A stretch of DNA of 64,000 bases from a virus (taxonomy: Duplodnaviria > Heunggongvirae > Uroviricota > Caudoviricetes): positions 29,173 through 93,172 of the IMG/VR virus record IMGVR_UViG_3300021399_000107; one strand, written 5' to 3'. Positions within the stretch are counted from its first letter, which is position 1, and each line of letters begins with the position of its first letter. The translations under genes and the position numbers were made by a program. This document shows, piece by piece, positions 1-15,500 of this stretch. The notes beneath the pieces are model-generated. The model made no database searches and was not told where the DNA came from. It was given only the letters and a program-made list of their open reading frames with translations.

Positions 1-14
1 CAATCGGCGAGCTT

Positions 15-271
15 ATGGTGTACTATGGAAAGAAAGGGTGGCATCCAAAATGGCACACCGAGCCGCAAGATAGCATCGACTTTATGATGCGCGACATCCA
101 GTCCTACTTGCGGCGGCTTGTGCAAAACGAAGGCAACATCGCCGAGCAAGTAGAGGACAGGAAACAACGCTACAACCTAAATGAACGTTTAGAAGACCTT
201 CCGTCCGAATCGGATAGCGACACTACTGTTGAATACGAAGACGAAGCCGCCTTTGACGAGGAGGTGCGCTA

Positions 272-272
<1 letters not shown>
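15..272 (+). CDS. Hypothetical protein upstream of terL (probably 5'-truncated by the window edge)
   Basis: Frame is open back to position 3 (IGEL-MVYY...); acidic C-terminus; stop overlaps the terL ATG (TAATG), which indicates translational coupling. Confidence 0.6.
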
Positions 273-4018
<3,746 letters not shown>

Positions 4019-4033
4019 GGTAGGTGAGGTTGA

Positions 4034-5554
4034 TTGGGTCAGCCACATAACTTTGAAGCCTTTAAAAAGGCTGCACGTGAAAAGCGCCCGAAGGGCTTAG
4101 CGCCAATCGACGCTCGCACAATTAGGACTCATTCCTATTATAAAAATGAACCAGTAGCTCGAGATTTTACCCTCGATCAAATTCTTGACATTATTCGTTC
4201 TGGCGACCTAGAATTAATGAGGGAGTTATCTCGCTATTATTATAGAACCAACGGTGAATATCGTAATAATGTAGATTTTCTCGCGCATTTACCATTATAC
4301 GACACCGTGGTAGTACCTCTTGTTTCTGACAAAGGATCAAAAAATAGTCACCTAAAAAGTTTTCAACAGGCTTGTACGTTTATTGAAAACCTCGATCTTC
4401 CTAACACCCTAGCCCGCATTACCACCGAATGGCTAAAGGTGGGTGAGTATAATGGGATTCTAAGAACTGATGGCGTGCGCGCCACTATTCAAGATCTGCC
4501 TCTTGAATACTGTCGTAGTCGCTTCAAGGATTTAAACAATCTTAACGTTCTTGAATTTAATGTCACCTATTTTGACCATATTTTTGATGAAAAATTGCGG
4601 GCTGACCTGTTAGCGACTTTTCCAGAAGTAGTGCAAGTAGCTTATCGGCGTTGGTACAAAAGTGACCGCAAGCTGGACCCTTGGGTCATCATTCCAGCGG
4701 CAGATGGTGGTATAAGTTTCTTCTTCGCTAATGATCGCACTCCTCTTTTGCTGGCTTCCATTCCTGACTTGAAAAAGCTCCAGGATGCGGTGGCGCGCGA
4801 AGAGAAGCGTGACGAAAACGAACTCTATAAATTGCTTATTCAACGTATGCCAATAGATAAGCAAGGTGAGCTTGTTTTTCAACTAGATGAAGTTGCAGAA
4901 ATTCACTCGTCTGTTGCCGATATGCTGTCCGATCTCGATACGGTAGACGTTCTTACTACTTTCGGTGAAGCATCACTTGAAAGTTTGCAAGAGACTTCTG
5001 CCGCGACACAATCTGCTGATCGTATTGCAAAATACAAGAATAATGCGTATGATGCTTTAGGCCGTAGTTCTCTTATCTTTAATGCGGACGGCAGTTCTGC
5101 CCTAGCCTATGCCATAAAGAAAGATGAAGCATTAATGATTGCATATCTTAATGTTTATGAAACGTGGCTAAAGTTTCATCTAAATGATAAGTTCGCGCGC
5201 ACAGGCATTAATTTTGATTTTACAATCCTATCTACAACTGTTTTCAATCGAGAAGACTTGCAATCTACTTATTTCCGTGGCGCACAATACGGATATTCAA
5301 AAATTTTTGCTGGAGTTGCAATGGGTATTAAGCAGCAAGATCAACTTAGTCTCATGGAATTTGAGAATGATTATTTAAATATGTCAGAAAAAATGATTCC
5401 CTTGCAGTCGTCTTATACCACGTCTGGTTCAACAGTATCACAAGAAGCGCAAGGTAAAACTCAAGTTAATGGTAACAATACGGGCGGTCGCCCTGAACTC
5501 CCCGATGAAAAAAAGTCTGAAAAAACTCAGGCAAACATTGCGGCCGCAGGATAA
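4034..5554 (+). CDS. Portal protein (506 aa)
   Basis: Directly follows terL; RBS GAGGT with TTG start; size and N-terminal LRELSRYYY...YRNNVDFLA segment fit phage portals. Confidence 0.8.
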   Translation: MGQPHNFEAFKKAAREKRPKGLAPIDARTIRTHSYYKNEPVARDFTLDQILDIIRSGDLELMRELSRYYYRTNGEYRNNVDFLAHLPLYDTVVVPLVSDKGSKNSHLKSFQQACTFIENLDLPNTLARITTEWLKVGEYNGILRTDGVRATIQDLPLEYCRSRFKDLNNLNVLEFNVTYFDHIFDEKLRADLLATFPEVVQVAYRRWYKSDRKLDPWVIIPAADGGISFFFANDRTPLLLASIPDLKKLQDAVAREEKRDENELYKLLIQRMPIDKQGELVFQLDEVAEIHSSVADMLSDLDTVDVLTTFGEASLESLQETSAATQSADRIAKYKNNAYDALGRSSLIFNADGSSALAYAIKKDEALMIAYLNVYETWLKFHLNDKFARTGINFDFTILSTTVFNREDLQSTYFRGAQYGYSKIFAGVAMGIKQQDQLSLMEFENDYLNMSEKMIPLQSSYTTSGSTVSQEAQGKTQVNGNNTGGRPELPDEKKSEKTQANIAAAG

Positions 5555-5566
5555 AGGAGCATACAA

Positions 5567-6775
5567 ATGGATAGACAAATTCCTATTTATTTTGATAGTG
5601 TCCTTATTGCTGATGCTCCCATGCAAGAAATTCCAAATACAAATTCAACCACTTTTCGCCTACGCGTAGGTGCGTTTTATAAGTATAAAAACCGCAATGG
5701 TTCTTACATAACTGATGAATATGCCGAAAAGCTGATTCAATCGGCCACCAGAGGTAATGTTCCAGTAATTGGTTTTTTCGACCCTGAGACGCAAGATTGG
5801 GCTTCACATACTGGTCCAACATTAGCTAGCGCCTATGGTTATGTAGAAGATTTTCTTGGTTGGGAGCCAATGACAGACACGGATGGAGAGACGCGGGAGT
5901 ACGCAGTATTCTCGGTTGTTATCTTCTCCGATTATTACGAGGAAGCGCGCAAGATTAAAGGTCAGAATCAAAGCATGGAAATCAATCCGGATACGATTGA
6001 GGGCGCATGGGCTGATTTTGATGGCGAACCCTATTTTGTGTATACACAGGGTGATATGTTAGGATTTTGCGTTATTGGTTCTCATGAACCTTGCTTCTCT
6101 GTCTCTTCTTTCTTCTCTAAGAAGGATGATGAATATAAAACTCAATACGACAAATTCTCTTCACTTCTGTCTGAACTCAAGGCACGAGTGAACGAGGCAG
6201 AAAAAGGAGGGGAACATCCAATGGATGAGACTCAAGTTGTAGTAGAAGAGGAATCTACTGCTGTGGAAGAAACTCCTGCTACCGAAGTCGTAGAAGAGGT
6301 TGTAGAGCCTGCTGCCGAAGAGGACACTCCTGTGGTAGAAGAGCCTGCGACTGATTTTGAAGCCATGTATAATCAGCTGCGCGCCGATTTCGATGCGCTT
6401 CAAACCAACTACGATGCCGCTCAGGCCCGCATTGGAGAACTTGAAACCTTTCAGGCGGAAAATGCTGACCTCCATGCGCAGATTGACACCCTACAAGCGA
6501 CTATTGATACTTATGCGGCTCAAGCACTAGAAGCCGAGAACGCGCGCAAGGCGACTCTTCTTGACACCTATGAGAGCCGTATTACCGATACAGACGCTTT
6601 TAATATAATTAAAGAGGGCGCAAGCGATTTCTCCTATGAGGTTCTTGAAAGTAAGCTTGCTATTCTCTTTTCTAACGAACAGCTTAATAAAGCTGCTGAT
6701 GAAACTATTGTTCCGCTTCCTGAGCAACCAAAATCAAGTTTTGCTCTACTAATGGAAAAATATAAGAAAAAGTAA
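5567..6775 (+). CDS. Putative prohead protease/scaffold protein (402 aa)
   Basis: Between portal and capsid; globular N-terminus, then E/T-rich linker and coiled-coil C-terminal half; RBS AAGGAG. Confidence 0.65.
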   Translation: MDRQIPIYFDSVLIADAPMQEIPNTNSTTFRLRVGAFYKYKNRNGSYITDEYAEKLIQSATRGNVPVIGFFDPETQDWASHTGPTLASAYGYVEDFLGWEPMTDTDGETREYAVFSVVIFSDYYEEARKIKGQNQSMEINPDTIEGAWADFDGEPYFVYTQGDMLGFCVIGSHEPCFSVSSFFSKKDDEYKTQYDKFSSLLSELKARVNEAEKGGEHPMDETQVVVEEESTAVEETPATEVVEEVVEPAAEEDTPVVEEPATDFEAMYNQLRADFDALQTNYDAAQARIGELETFQAENADLHAQIDTLQATIDTYAAQALEAENARKATLLDTYESRITDTDAFNIIKEGASDFSYEVLESKLAILFSNEQLNKAADETIVPLPEQPKSSFALLMEKYKKK

Positions 6776-6793
6776 TAAAGGGAGGAAACTATT

Positions 6794-7351
6794 ATGGCAC
6801 TAACACGCTTTCCTCGAGAGCAGTATGCTTCTCTCGAGCTAAATCAGGTAGCCTTTCCTCAGAATACTCTAGTCGTGTCTCAGACTCCTCTGGGCAACGA
6901 GTATACTGCGGCGGCTCCTTGTGAAAATGGTATGTGGGTACTAGCTGATAAGAGCCGTGGATATATTGGTTCTATTGCTGCTGTTACCGATAAGCCCCTT
7001 GGCATTGTTTACACTGCTGAAAAGGAATATGATTATGACCACTATGGCCTAAAGACCTTTGGTCGCAAGATTAAGGGCGACTATCCTCGCGTTGGCATTC
7101 TATCCGTAGGCGATACCGTAACTACCAACTGCCTCCAGTATGACGATACCGAGTTCGCTACTGTGGATGCTCTTTATGCTGCTCTTGCGGCTTGGGAGAC
7201 CAAGGCTGTTTACGTTGTTCCTGTAGCTGGTTCTTCTGTTCCTAAGCTAACCTGGGCTAAGCCCAATTCTGGCGCTTATGCAAAGGTTACTAAATTCTAT
7301 ACTGTACCTAACGGCGAAAAGGGCGTTAAGTATCAGATTATCAATCTATAA
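6794..7351 (+). CDS. Putative head decoration / minor capsid protein (185 aa)
   Basis: Immediately before the capsid gene; strong RBS GGAGG; highly expressed codon pattern. Confidence 0.55.
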   Translation: MALTRFPREQYASLELNQVAFPQNTLVVSQTPLGNEYTAAAPCENGMWVLADKSRGYIGSIAAVTDKPLGIVYTAEKEYDYDHYGLKTFGRKIKGDYPRVGILSVGDTVTTNCLQYDDTEFATVDALYAALAAWETKAVYVVPVAGSSVPKLTWAKPNSGAYAKVTKFYTVPNGEKGVKYQIINL

Positions 7352-7365
7352 TGGAGGTGCGAACT

Positions 7366-8436
7366 ATGAATACACTACAGATTCTAATGAATGGTGTTTT
7401 CGGTCGTGCGGTTCCTGCTGAGTTCGCAGCCGAAAATTATGATTATGAAGCCGCCCTTCGTGACGAAATCGCTAAGCTAGTGTGTGACGAACGCGGCAAT
7501 ATCAATCGCTATAAGTTTATGCGCAATCAGTATGATCTATTTGAGCTACTTTCTCAGAATCTAGAGGAAGTCCTACCTCAGAGTGTAGGCGCGGCCCTAG
7601 ATATGTTCACTGAGATTATTCGTGTGCCCCAGGGCACTCGCCTTGAGTTCCGTGTTACCCGTGGCAAGCAGCGCGGCAAGCAGTTTGTTACCCGTGCTAC
7701 CGAGTCTGGTAACTACGAGACCTTCCGTCTAGACCGCGATAAGTTCGATGTCTATCCTATGGCTATCGGTGGCGCCGGTCGTGTTGATTTCGAGCGCTAT
7801 CTTGATGGCGTTGAATCTATTACCGACATTTATGAAGTTATCAATGATGGTATTGTAGATCGTATTTTTGAGCTAGTGCAAGAAGTTCTACTGGCTTCTT
7901 GGAATCTAGCGGGTCGTCCGGCGCGCAATAAGGTTGCCGTTACTGCCTTCGATCCTACTGCTATGCGTCAGCTTTGCAACACCGTTGCGGCTTACGGTGC
8001 TCCCGTAATTTATTGCTCTCCTGAGTTTGCGTCTGAAATGGCTAATGCTATTGTCTATCAGACTGCTATTAAGCTATCTGACGCTGATATGGCTGACGTG
8101 CGCGAACGTGGTTACATTGGTAAGTTCTATGGCACTCCTGTTATTGTAATGCCTCAGTCCTTTACTGACGAGACCAATACCAAGACCGTTATGAATCCTT
8201 GCTTTGCTTACGTTATTCCCGCTGGTCGTGAGAAGCTTCTAAAGCTAGCCTTTGAAGGCTCTCCTTATTTCCGTGAGTGGGATGACCACGAAGGCGACAA
8301 TTCTATTGTCCTACAGGCTTATGTCAAGGTTGGTGTTGGTATTGTTTCTACTCCTAACTATTGGGGTATCTATTACAATAGCGGCATCGACGATGGCGGC
8401 TGGGCCGCTTATAACACCGCTCTAATTGGTGGCTAA
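7366..8436 (+). CDS. Major capsid protein (356 aa from ATG 7366)
   Basis: Position in the head module, size, strongest codon bias in the window, RBS GGAGGT, followed by a terminator; C-terminal GYIGKFYGTPVIVM segment fits HK97-fold capsids. Confidence 0.8.
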   Translation: MNTLQILMNGVFGRAVPAEFAAENYDYEAALRDEIAKLVCDERGNINRYKFMRNQYDLFELLSQNLEEVLPQSVGAALDMFTEIIRVPQGTRLEFRVTRGKQRGKQFVTRATESGNYETFRLDRDKFDVYPMAIGGAGRVDFERYLDGVESITDIYEVINDGIVDRIFELVQEVLLASWNLAGRPARNKVAVTAFDPTAMRQLCNTVAAYGAPVIYCSPEFASEMANAIVYQTAIKLSDADMADVRERGYIGKFYGTPVIVMPQSFTDETNTKTVMNPCFAYVIPAGREKLLKLAFEGSPYFREWDDHEGDNSIVLQAYVKVGVGIVSTPNYWGIYYNSGIDDGGWAAYNTALIGG

Positions 8437-8445
8437 TTTAATATA

Positions 8446-8483
8446 GGGTGGATGGATTTACATCCATCCACCCATTTTCTTTT
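8446..8483 (+). terminator. Rho-independent terminator after capsid gene
   Basis: GGGTGGATGGA-TTTACA-TCCATCCACCC hairpin followed by a T-rich tract. Confidence 0.8.
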
Positions 8484-8509
8484 ATGGAGTTAAAGGAGGA
8501 AAATTTTAT

Positions 8510-8962
8510 ATGGGTAAGATTACTGTTAAGAACATCAGTTCTGCTAAGATTGTACTACTGGCTGATGGTGGCAAGTTCCGCCGCGAACTAATGCCTGGAC
8601 GTATTGTCCCTCTTAGTCGTATGGATTATGAAAACCTTATGTATGAGCCGGGCGTTAATGTCCTTCTAGATGGCCATTACATTTGCTTCAATGGTGTTGA
8701 GGATGAAGAAGCCGTCAATGATACTAGTCGTCAGACGAATGTTGTGACACGCGATGAAATTCGTGATATGCTCGTGAAGCGCGATATTGCATCCTTCATT
8801 AAGTTTTTGCCCGGCGCACAAGCGGCAGAAAAGGATACCGTCGTGGAACTTGCAACTGAATTGAATGTTACCGATGCGGCTTTTGTTGGACCAATCAACA
8901 AGTATTGCGGTGTTGATATTATCCAAGCTATCGCTGTAAAGCATCAAGTGGAAGAGAAGTGA
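8510..8962 (+). CDS. Hypothetical virion-module protein (150 aa)
   Basis: RBS AAGGAGG; position after capsid. Confidence 0.7.
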   Translation: MGKITVKNISSAKIVLLADGGKFRRELMPGRIVPLSRMDYENLMYEPGVNVLLDGHYICFNGVEDEEAVNDTSRQTNVVTRDEIRDMLVKRDIASFIKFLPGAQAAEKDTVVELATELNVTDAAFVGPINKYCGVDIIQAIAVKHQVEEK

Positions 8963-8968
8963 TAACTT

Positions 8969-9445
8969 ATGGCAACTCCATGTGTGGCAGTTTATGATGC
9001 CTTTTTAGCGCGAATAACCGCCGATGAATGGACTTTGGAAGAAGAATTGTCAATCGTTGAGCGCGATTGGCAAGAGTTGCTTCGTATGGCAGTTTTTCGC
9101 TTTAAGTATCCCCGCATTGGGTTAGAAATTGAGGAAATTACATCCGAAGATGGTAATGTTGTTCAGTACCAATTTAAGAATGACATTACGGATGATGAGA
9201 TACAAGTACTTGCGATTTATATGAAGCATGAGTGGATTAAAAGATGTATCGCAAGTTGGGAGAATATTCGGCAACTTTACGCAGATTCAGATTTCTCACA
9301 GGCGAATCATTTAGATAAGCTTCTAAAACTAGAAGCAACTACTGAATTGGAAGCTCGGCGCGCGCTCGGTATCTATGATCGCGCAAGAGAAAAACGTCCA
9401 GCAGACCTTTTTAAGAAATTGGCAGGTAAGAAAAATGCCCTGTGA
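8969..9445 (+). CDS. Putative head-tail adaptor (158 aa)
   Basis: Helical protein in the head-tail block with a DFSQANHL motif; function inferred from position. Confidence 0.5.
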   Translation: MATPCVAVYDAFLARITADEWTLEEELSIVERDWQELLRMAVFRFKYPRIGLEIEEITSEDGNVVQYQFKNDITDDEIQVLAIYMKHEWIKRCIASWENIRQLYADSDFSQANHLDKLLKLEATTELEARRALGIYDRAREKRPADLFKKLAGKKNAL

Positions 9446-9716
9446 TGAAATGTTTGAAGGCTATTGCCGCAAACTAAAAGGTCGCCTATATGGACTGCTT
9501 TGTGAGAAAGAGAAAAATGGCGAGTGGGAAAAATTTCTTGATTCTATCATTATTGAACTCATTGGATTCAATAGTGCGTATCCCTCAATTAACTATTGGC
9601 CGCTAATAGGTAAACTACAATCATTACGTATGCTTTCTTACGATTATTTTCGTAAGACCGTATTTGAATGTATGAATCTTGTTGGCGGACTGGAGCCGCC
9701 TAATGAATTATCTTGA
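9435..9716 (+). CDS. Hypothetical protein (93 aa from ATG 9435)
   Basis: Overlaps both neighbours, consistent with a coupled operon. Confidence 0.65.
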   Translation: MPCDEMFEGYCRKLKGRLYGLLCEKEKNGEWEKFLDSIIIELIGFNSAYPSINYWPLIGKLQSLRMLSYDYFRKTVFECMNLVGGLEPPNELS

Positions 9717-11273
9717 CGTTTATCAGTCTCGCTTAAACCATTTAGGAGAAACAGTTGCCGAAAGAATCCGTAATGGCGGTTCGCGCTCTTTTGAAAAATG
9801 GAAGGCAGAATCGCCGCATACAATTCGTAACTTGTCTGTGGAACGTGGTATTTATTTTGACGGTATTCTTATTCGTAGTAAGGATAAGGAATATGAAAAA
9901 ATTTTGTTCCTGCATGTGTCCAACAATATCCCGCTGCTAATTGGGGATATTATGACTTGGACGCAAGATGATGGCACAGATGAGAAATGGATTATAGTAC
10001 AAGAAGAAAAGAAGGTAAATGGTACTTATCGTTCTTTTTGGGTTATTCGTTGTAATTATGAGTTAAAATGGATTGATGAACAAGGGCACTTGCAGAAATC
10101 ATGGGCGTATGTGGTGAGTTCTGTAGATTCTAAAATTAAAGGAAACTATAGAACGTGGCACAACCTAAAGTAATTGGGCATATAGCTTGCAAGAGTTATA
10201 TGAAAAGCTACTGAATTGCTGGGAAGTTCTAATGCTTTTTACACTACAGCATAAAATTTATGTGATAAATTTAGGTGCGATAGTAATGAAAATAAAAAAA
10301 GTAAAAAGATGGTATATGCTGAAAAGCTAAGTATCGTAGAATGAATTATCAGCAGCCAAGCTCGAAAGAGAAGGTTCAGAGACTATCCAAATGGAGTAGG
10401 GATTATCCCGAAGCGGTAGCCTTCCTAAGGGAAGAAGATATAGTCCGAAAAAGAAACGCTTCTTTTTGAATTACGCCACAGCCTAACAAGTATGCCGAAA
10501 TTCTGATGCCTCGTTATCCAATTGCGCGCTCAACTAACTTCATTATTGAAGATGAATCTTGGGCTGTTATTGAATACGATCATACAAGTGTGCCCGGCAC
10601 AATTTATCTATCCCTTACTGAAAATAAAATCAATCGATATTATGATGATACGGTTGCAAATATTGCTGATACAGATAGACGCGCAGTATATAAAGCCGTA
10701 TTTCCAGATATACCTCATTCATTTAGCGTTGGGGAACCTATTGTTCCAATTCATTATACTTTAATGAAGAATGGCGTTGAGTGTGATACTGTTGAGGTTG
10801 AGTTTGATTCTACTGATAAAACTATTGCGCGAAAAGTTAATGGTGTGCTAACTGCTATTAAGGAAGGCGATGTAGATTTACATCTAACGTTAGTAGGCAT
10901 CAATGAGCCTATTGATCCTGAGTACATTAGCATCCATATCGGTGAAGATTTTACGCCTAGCGCCTACATTGATGGCCCTGATTATATTAGAGTTTCCGAA
11001 GATGGGCAATTTAGGTGCGTCGCCACAGATAGAGTTGATTCTAAGGGCGATGAATCAGAAACAGAAGTTGTACCGATGGAAGTTTCATTTAAACTTGGCG
11101 CGCAATCGGAGCCTAATTTGGTAAAATTGAAAAAAGATACCGATAATCCTTTACAAAATAGTTGCACTATTTATGCGAACAAGAAGGGGAAACTTGGTAC
11201 GTTTGAATTAATTATGACTTACGAAAATGTTGATTATATAAAAACCATTTCCGTAGTGCCATTGTGGCGGTGA
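9703..11273 (+). CDS. Putative head-closure/neck protein with C-terminal Ig-like region, split by 1 group I intron; spliced 422 aa
   Basis: Exons 9703-10166 and 10469-11273 total 1269 nt; join gives RTWHNL|ITPQPNKYAEILMPR in frame. Function inferred from position. Confidence 0.75.
10167..10468 (+). ncRNA. Group I intron 5, ORF-less, 302 nt
   Basis: P1 CCT|AA...TTGGG; P10 AATTA/TAATT; AATTGCTGGGAA, ATCAGCAGCC, TTCAGAGACTA, GATATAGTCC; ends in G10468. Confidence 0.9.
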
Positions 11274-11788
11274 TAGTTATGTACGATATTAAAGACCCTA
11301 GCCAAAGACGTTTTGCTGTTATGGGCACGAACATTTTCCATATTGCGGAAAAACTTGTTCATAATCAAACTATTTGCCGTCTTTTAAAATATCCAACCAA
11401 AGATGCTTTAGATACAAACAAGTATCCAAATGTTGATGGTGTAGAATTAATTAATAAACAAATTCTTATCGTTCCTAAAATTTATGACGATGAGAATACA
11501 AAAATGTCATATGTTGTCGCGCTATTTAATAACTTTTCGGTGAATCCGTTCAACAGTGATTTTAAATATTCCACGATTCGTTTTGATATTGCATGTCCTT
11601 ACGATGAGTGGATTTTGGATAACGAATCCTTGCGGCCTTACTTAATAATGCAAGAAATTGACCGCGAATTTAATGGCGCAAAAATTGGAGGTATTGGAAA
11701 TCTGGCTTTTATCTCTGCGGACGCATTAACATTGTCTCCGTGGATTGGCGGTTATACTATGAGGTATCAGGTTAATGAATTTAACTGA
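11264..11788 (+). CDS. Putative tail terminator/completion protein (174 aa)
   Basis: Position upstream of the tail tube gene; start codon uncertain. Confidence 0.45.
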   Translation: MAVIVMYDIKDPSQRRFAVMGTNIFHIAEKLVHNQTICRLLKYPTKDALDTNKYPNVDGVELINKQILIVPKIYDDENTKMSYVVALFNNFSVNPFNSDFKYSTIRFDIACPYDEWILDNESLRPYLIMQEIDREFNGAKIGGIGNLAFISADALTLSPWIGGYTMRYQVNEFN

Positions 11789-12542
11789 TGATGATATTCT
11801 CAAGTTTCAACGCGGTACTCCAATACTTTTAGACGACATATGCGCGATACATAATCATACAATAGGCGAAATAATTGATATTGGTTATGACAAGTTTCAA
11901 CAGTACTTAAATGTTATACTAATGCACAAACCAGTGATTAAAGATAAAACGCCTATTGCCGAAGTAATACAATCCTTAACGGATTTTCAATATTTGTTAA
12001 TGCTAGTTGAGACCGACATTCAGATGCGCGATTTGGTCAAAGAAGCTTTTTACTTCTTTCTCCAAGATGATGTTACATTTTCTTTGGAGCCAGCGCAAAT
12101 TATAGTCGGGCCGCTAAGCGAAAAACACTTTCTCGACGAAGGCAAATTCTATGACTTACAGAAGATTGTGCGTCATATGTATTTCATAGATTTGGACAAG
12201 GATGACATCATTATTGATCCTAATGATAGTCCTGCTGTCCGCGCCCTAAAAGAAAAAATGCGCGAAAACCGAGAAAAACTACAAAAAGCAAAGGCCAAAA
12301 AGGCGGCGCAATCTAAGAATGAATTAAAATTTTCTGACTTAGTGGGCAGCGTTGCTTTGGTTTGCGGCTTGCAGAATACTTGGAACATGACCTATTATTT
12401 TTTTAACGATCAGTTAAAACGAATGGGTTGGCGCGAACAGTTCGATATTAATAATCGAGCCGCTATGGCCGGAGCGAAGTTAAAGAAAAGTCAGTTGAAA
12501 CATTGGATTCGTTCGATTGACAGTGTAGATAATAAATCATGA
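11775..12542 (+). CDS. Hypothetical tail-module protein, possible assembly chaperone (255 aa)
   Basis: Coupled to the upstream gene; basic helical C-terminus with WNMTYYFF motif. Confidence 0.5.
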   Translation: MNLTDDDILKFQRGTPILLDDICAIHNHTIGEIIDIGYDKFQQYLNVILMHKPVIKDKTPIAEVIQSLTDFQYLLMLVETDIQMRDLVKEAFYFFLQDDVTFSLEPAQIIVGPLSEKHFLDEGKFYDLQKIVRHMYFIDLDKDDIIIDPNDSPAVRALKEKMRENREKLQKAKAKKAAQSKNELKFSDLVGSVALVCGLQNTWNMTYYFFNDQLKRMGWREQFDINNRAAMAGAKLKKSQLKHWIRSIDSVDNKS

Positions 12543-12565
12543 TTTATTATTGGAGGTAACTCGTA

Positions 12566-15500
12566 ATGGCTGATGTGAATATTTTTGAGAAGTACGGTAA
12601 ACTAATGCCGCATTAAAATTATTTTAATGAAAAATTTTGTGAATTGCTGGAAAGTCCTAAAGCTTATTTACTACAACACAACGTGTAAACGTAATTGTGA
12701 AAGTTTGAAAAATAATAAGATTGGATAATCAGCAGCCAAGCTAAGTTATTACTTAGAAGGTTCAACGACTAAGAACGAACAAAAGCCTGTTTCGTCTGCG
12801 CAAAACTTTAATGATATTAAAGAAGATATAGTCTGAGCTTTTATGAAAATAAAAGAGATCGTAAAGGTGCGATCGTAACATACTGATTAAAGAGGTGGCT
12901 AACGTCTATTTCGAGGCCCTCGAAACCGACACTGCCGCTGGCGTCTATAAGGACGACATCGTGCTATACCTAGATTCTCTAAAGGTTTCTACTATTGAAA
13001 CCACCGCAGAAGATACTGCGGCCCAGGGCGGTTGGGGTAATCCGCGTCTAGTTGTGTGGGACTTCAATAAGGAAATTAACATCACTCTTGAAGATGCTTT
13101 AATTTCTTTTGAATCTCTGCGTTTCATGGTCGGTGGCGCAATCCATAAGCCGAAGACCAAAGAACCTGTTATTGTACGTCATAGTGAAGAAGTTGTATGT
13201 ACCGCTGGTGGTATCGTACCTAAGCCCAAGGAGCACCTCTCTCTAGTAGAAATGACTCCTAAGGCTACTGTAAATCACCCGATTCGTCTTATTAACCTAA
13301 CTAAGGGTACTCGTACTCAGCTAGTTGCTGCAAGCGCGAGCGACACCTCTAAGGTTATTGACGGTACTACTGCTATTGACTTTAAGAACTCCGCTCTTAT
13401 TGACAATGCTGCGACTTCTGCTCCTACTACTTCCGTAACGACCGCAGAGGGCGACCACATTCGTATTTTCTGGGATGAAATTCTTGTCGGCGACAATGCT
13501 GAGACTGAAAGCGCCGTTGAAGTTACTATTTCTCCCAACACCTTAGAATATGCCTGGTGAGGTGTATAAAAATTATTAATTGCTGGAAACTCCTATTTAG
13601 GACAATCAGCAGCTAGGAGCGTAAAGATAATGAATAAACAATTACCAAAGAATGGTTATGGATATATTTACAAATATACCTCTCCATCTGGTAAGTCATA
13701 TATAGGACAAACCATTACAAGTTTATATAATCGCGCAGGCGGCTCGCGTGGTAAGACTTATATTAAATGTCCTGTATTTTATAATGCAATAATCAAGTAT
13801 GGCTTTTCTAATTTTGATGTTGAAATTTTAGTTGAAGCACCAATTTCACAATTGAACATCCTAGAAAAAAAGTATATTGAAATTTTTAATACTTTGGTGC
13901 CTGATGGATATAACATTCAAGAGGGCGGTGAAGGTGGCAATACCAAAATTGTTTATCAATATAATATGGATGGGCAATTTGTGCGACAGTTTAATAGCGT
14001 GCGCGAAGCCGCTGATTCAATAGGGCGAGAGCCACAAGGAATTAGCGATTGCCTGCATGGGCGCGCACTTAGTTGTGGTAATTATTATTGGAGCCTTCAA
14101 AAATTAGAAAAATATCCAATTGCCGAAAAAACTGATTTTTTAAAGATTCGTAATGATAAAAAACAGGTTCGGATGCTAGATTTAAATGGCAATTTGATTC
14201 GTACTTTTAAGTCGATTGGTGAAGCGGCTAAATTTTGTAATGGTGAACGAAGTGCGATTAAGCGCTGTTGCCGCCATGAATTACATACCTATTGTGGTTA
14301 TAAATGGGAATGTAGCGAAATTTTAGCTGAAAAAAAGTACAATAATAGTGCGCGCGCAATAGAGCAATTAGATAAAGAAACTGGTGAAGCTATTAAAACT
14401 TTTCCTTCTATTAGCGCGGCGGCGCGTGAATTTCATAAGAATGGTACTTCACTTTTTCGACGTGCATTAAATGACATTCATTATTCTGCTTATGGATATA
14501 AGTGGAGATACGCTCAGAGTTCAACGACTATAAGCCTTTAAAATGCTAAAGGTTAATGTAATTCTTTGATGATATAGTCTGAACTTCATAGAGATATGAA
14601 GATGCTTAGCAAGCGATAACATAATGCCCAGGCACGTATCGTGTCATTGGCGATACGTTCATGCGTTCTGAAAAGACTGGTAAGGACGAAGCGTTCCAGT
14701 TCGTCATTAATAAGGCTGAGAGTACTTTGGCCGCTTAATAAGTAATTATTATGAATAAATACACTGTGAAATGCTGGAATTTCTAAAGCTAATTTGACCA
14801 CAACGCAGTTAGACATAACAATCGTGATGGTTTTAAAAACTAAATTAGATGTAACAATGAAAAAATCAGCAGCTATATAGATGATATGTAGTTCAACGAC
14901 TATCTCAAATGAGAGTACGTTTAAGCAAACGGAAGCGCAGTGCTCCACTTCGGTGGATGAAGATATAGTCTAAACTTATAGGAAACTATAAGCCCTATGG
15001 GTAAGATTTAGCGAATCTTATTAAATATAATGAAGGTTCTTTCTGACGTAACTATTACGTTGGAAGCCGAAGGCGATCCTTCCACGAATCTATGGCTTAG
15101 GGCGGCATAATAAATGTGGAAGTAAAAATATGTGAATTGCGGGAACTTCCTGAAACTTTGATTACCAAATTATATTAGCAATAATATAATGGCTTAATTA
15201 ATCATTAAGGTATGGTAAAAAGATTAAAGTTTGGACAATCCGCAGCTAAGAATCTATAAAATAAGCGAGGTCAAATATGAACTACTTAGATTATAAACAA
15301 GCACCAAAAGATGGTTATGGATGGATTTATAAATATACTAGCCCATCTGGGAAAAGTTATATTGGACAAACTATTTATTCTTTATATGATCGAGCCGGAT
15401 TAAATGGTCGATGTTATAAAAATTGTTCTGTATTCTATTCTGCTATTCAAAAATATGGATTAGAAAATTTTACAGTTGAAATTTTAGACCAAGTGCCCAA

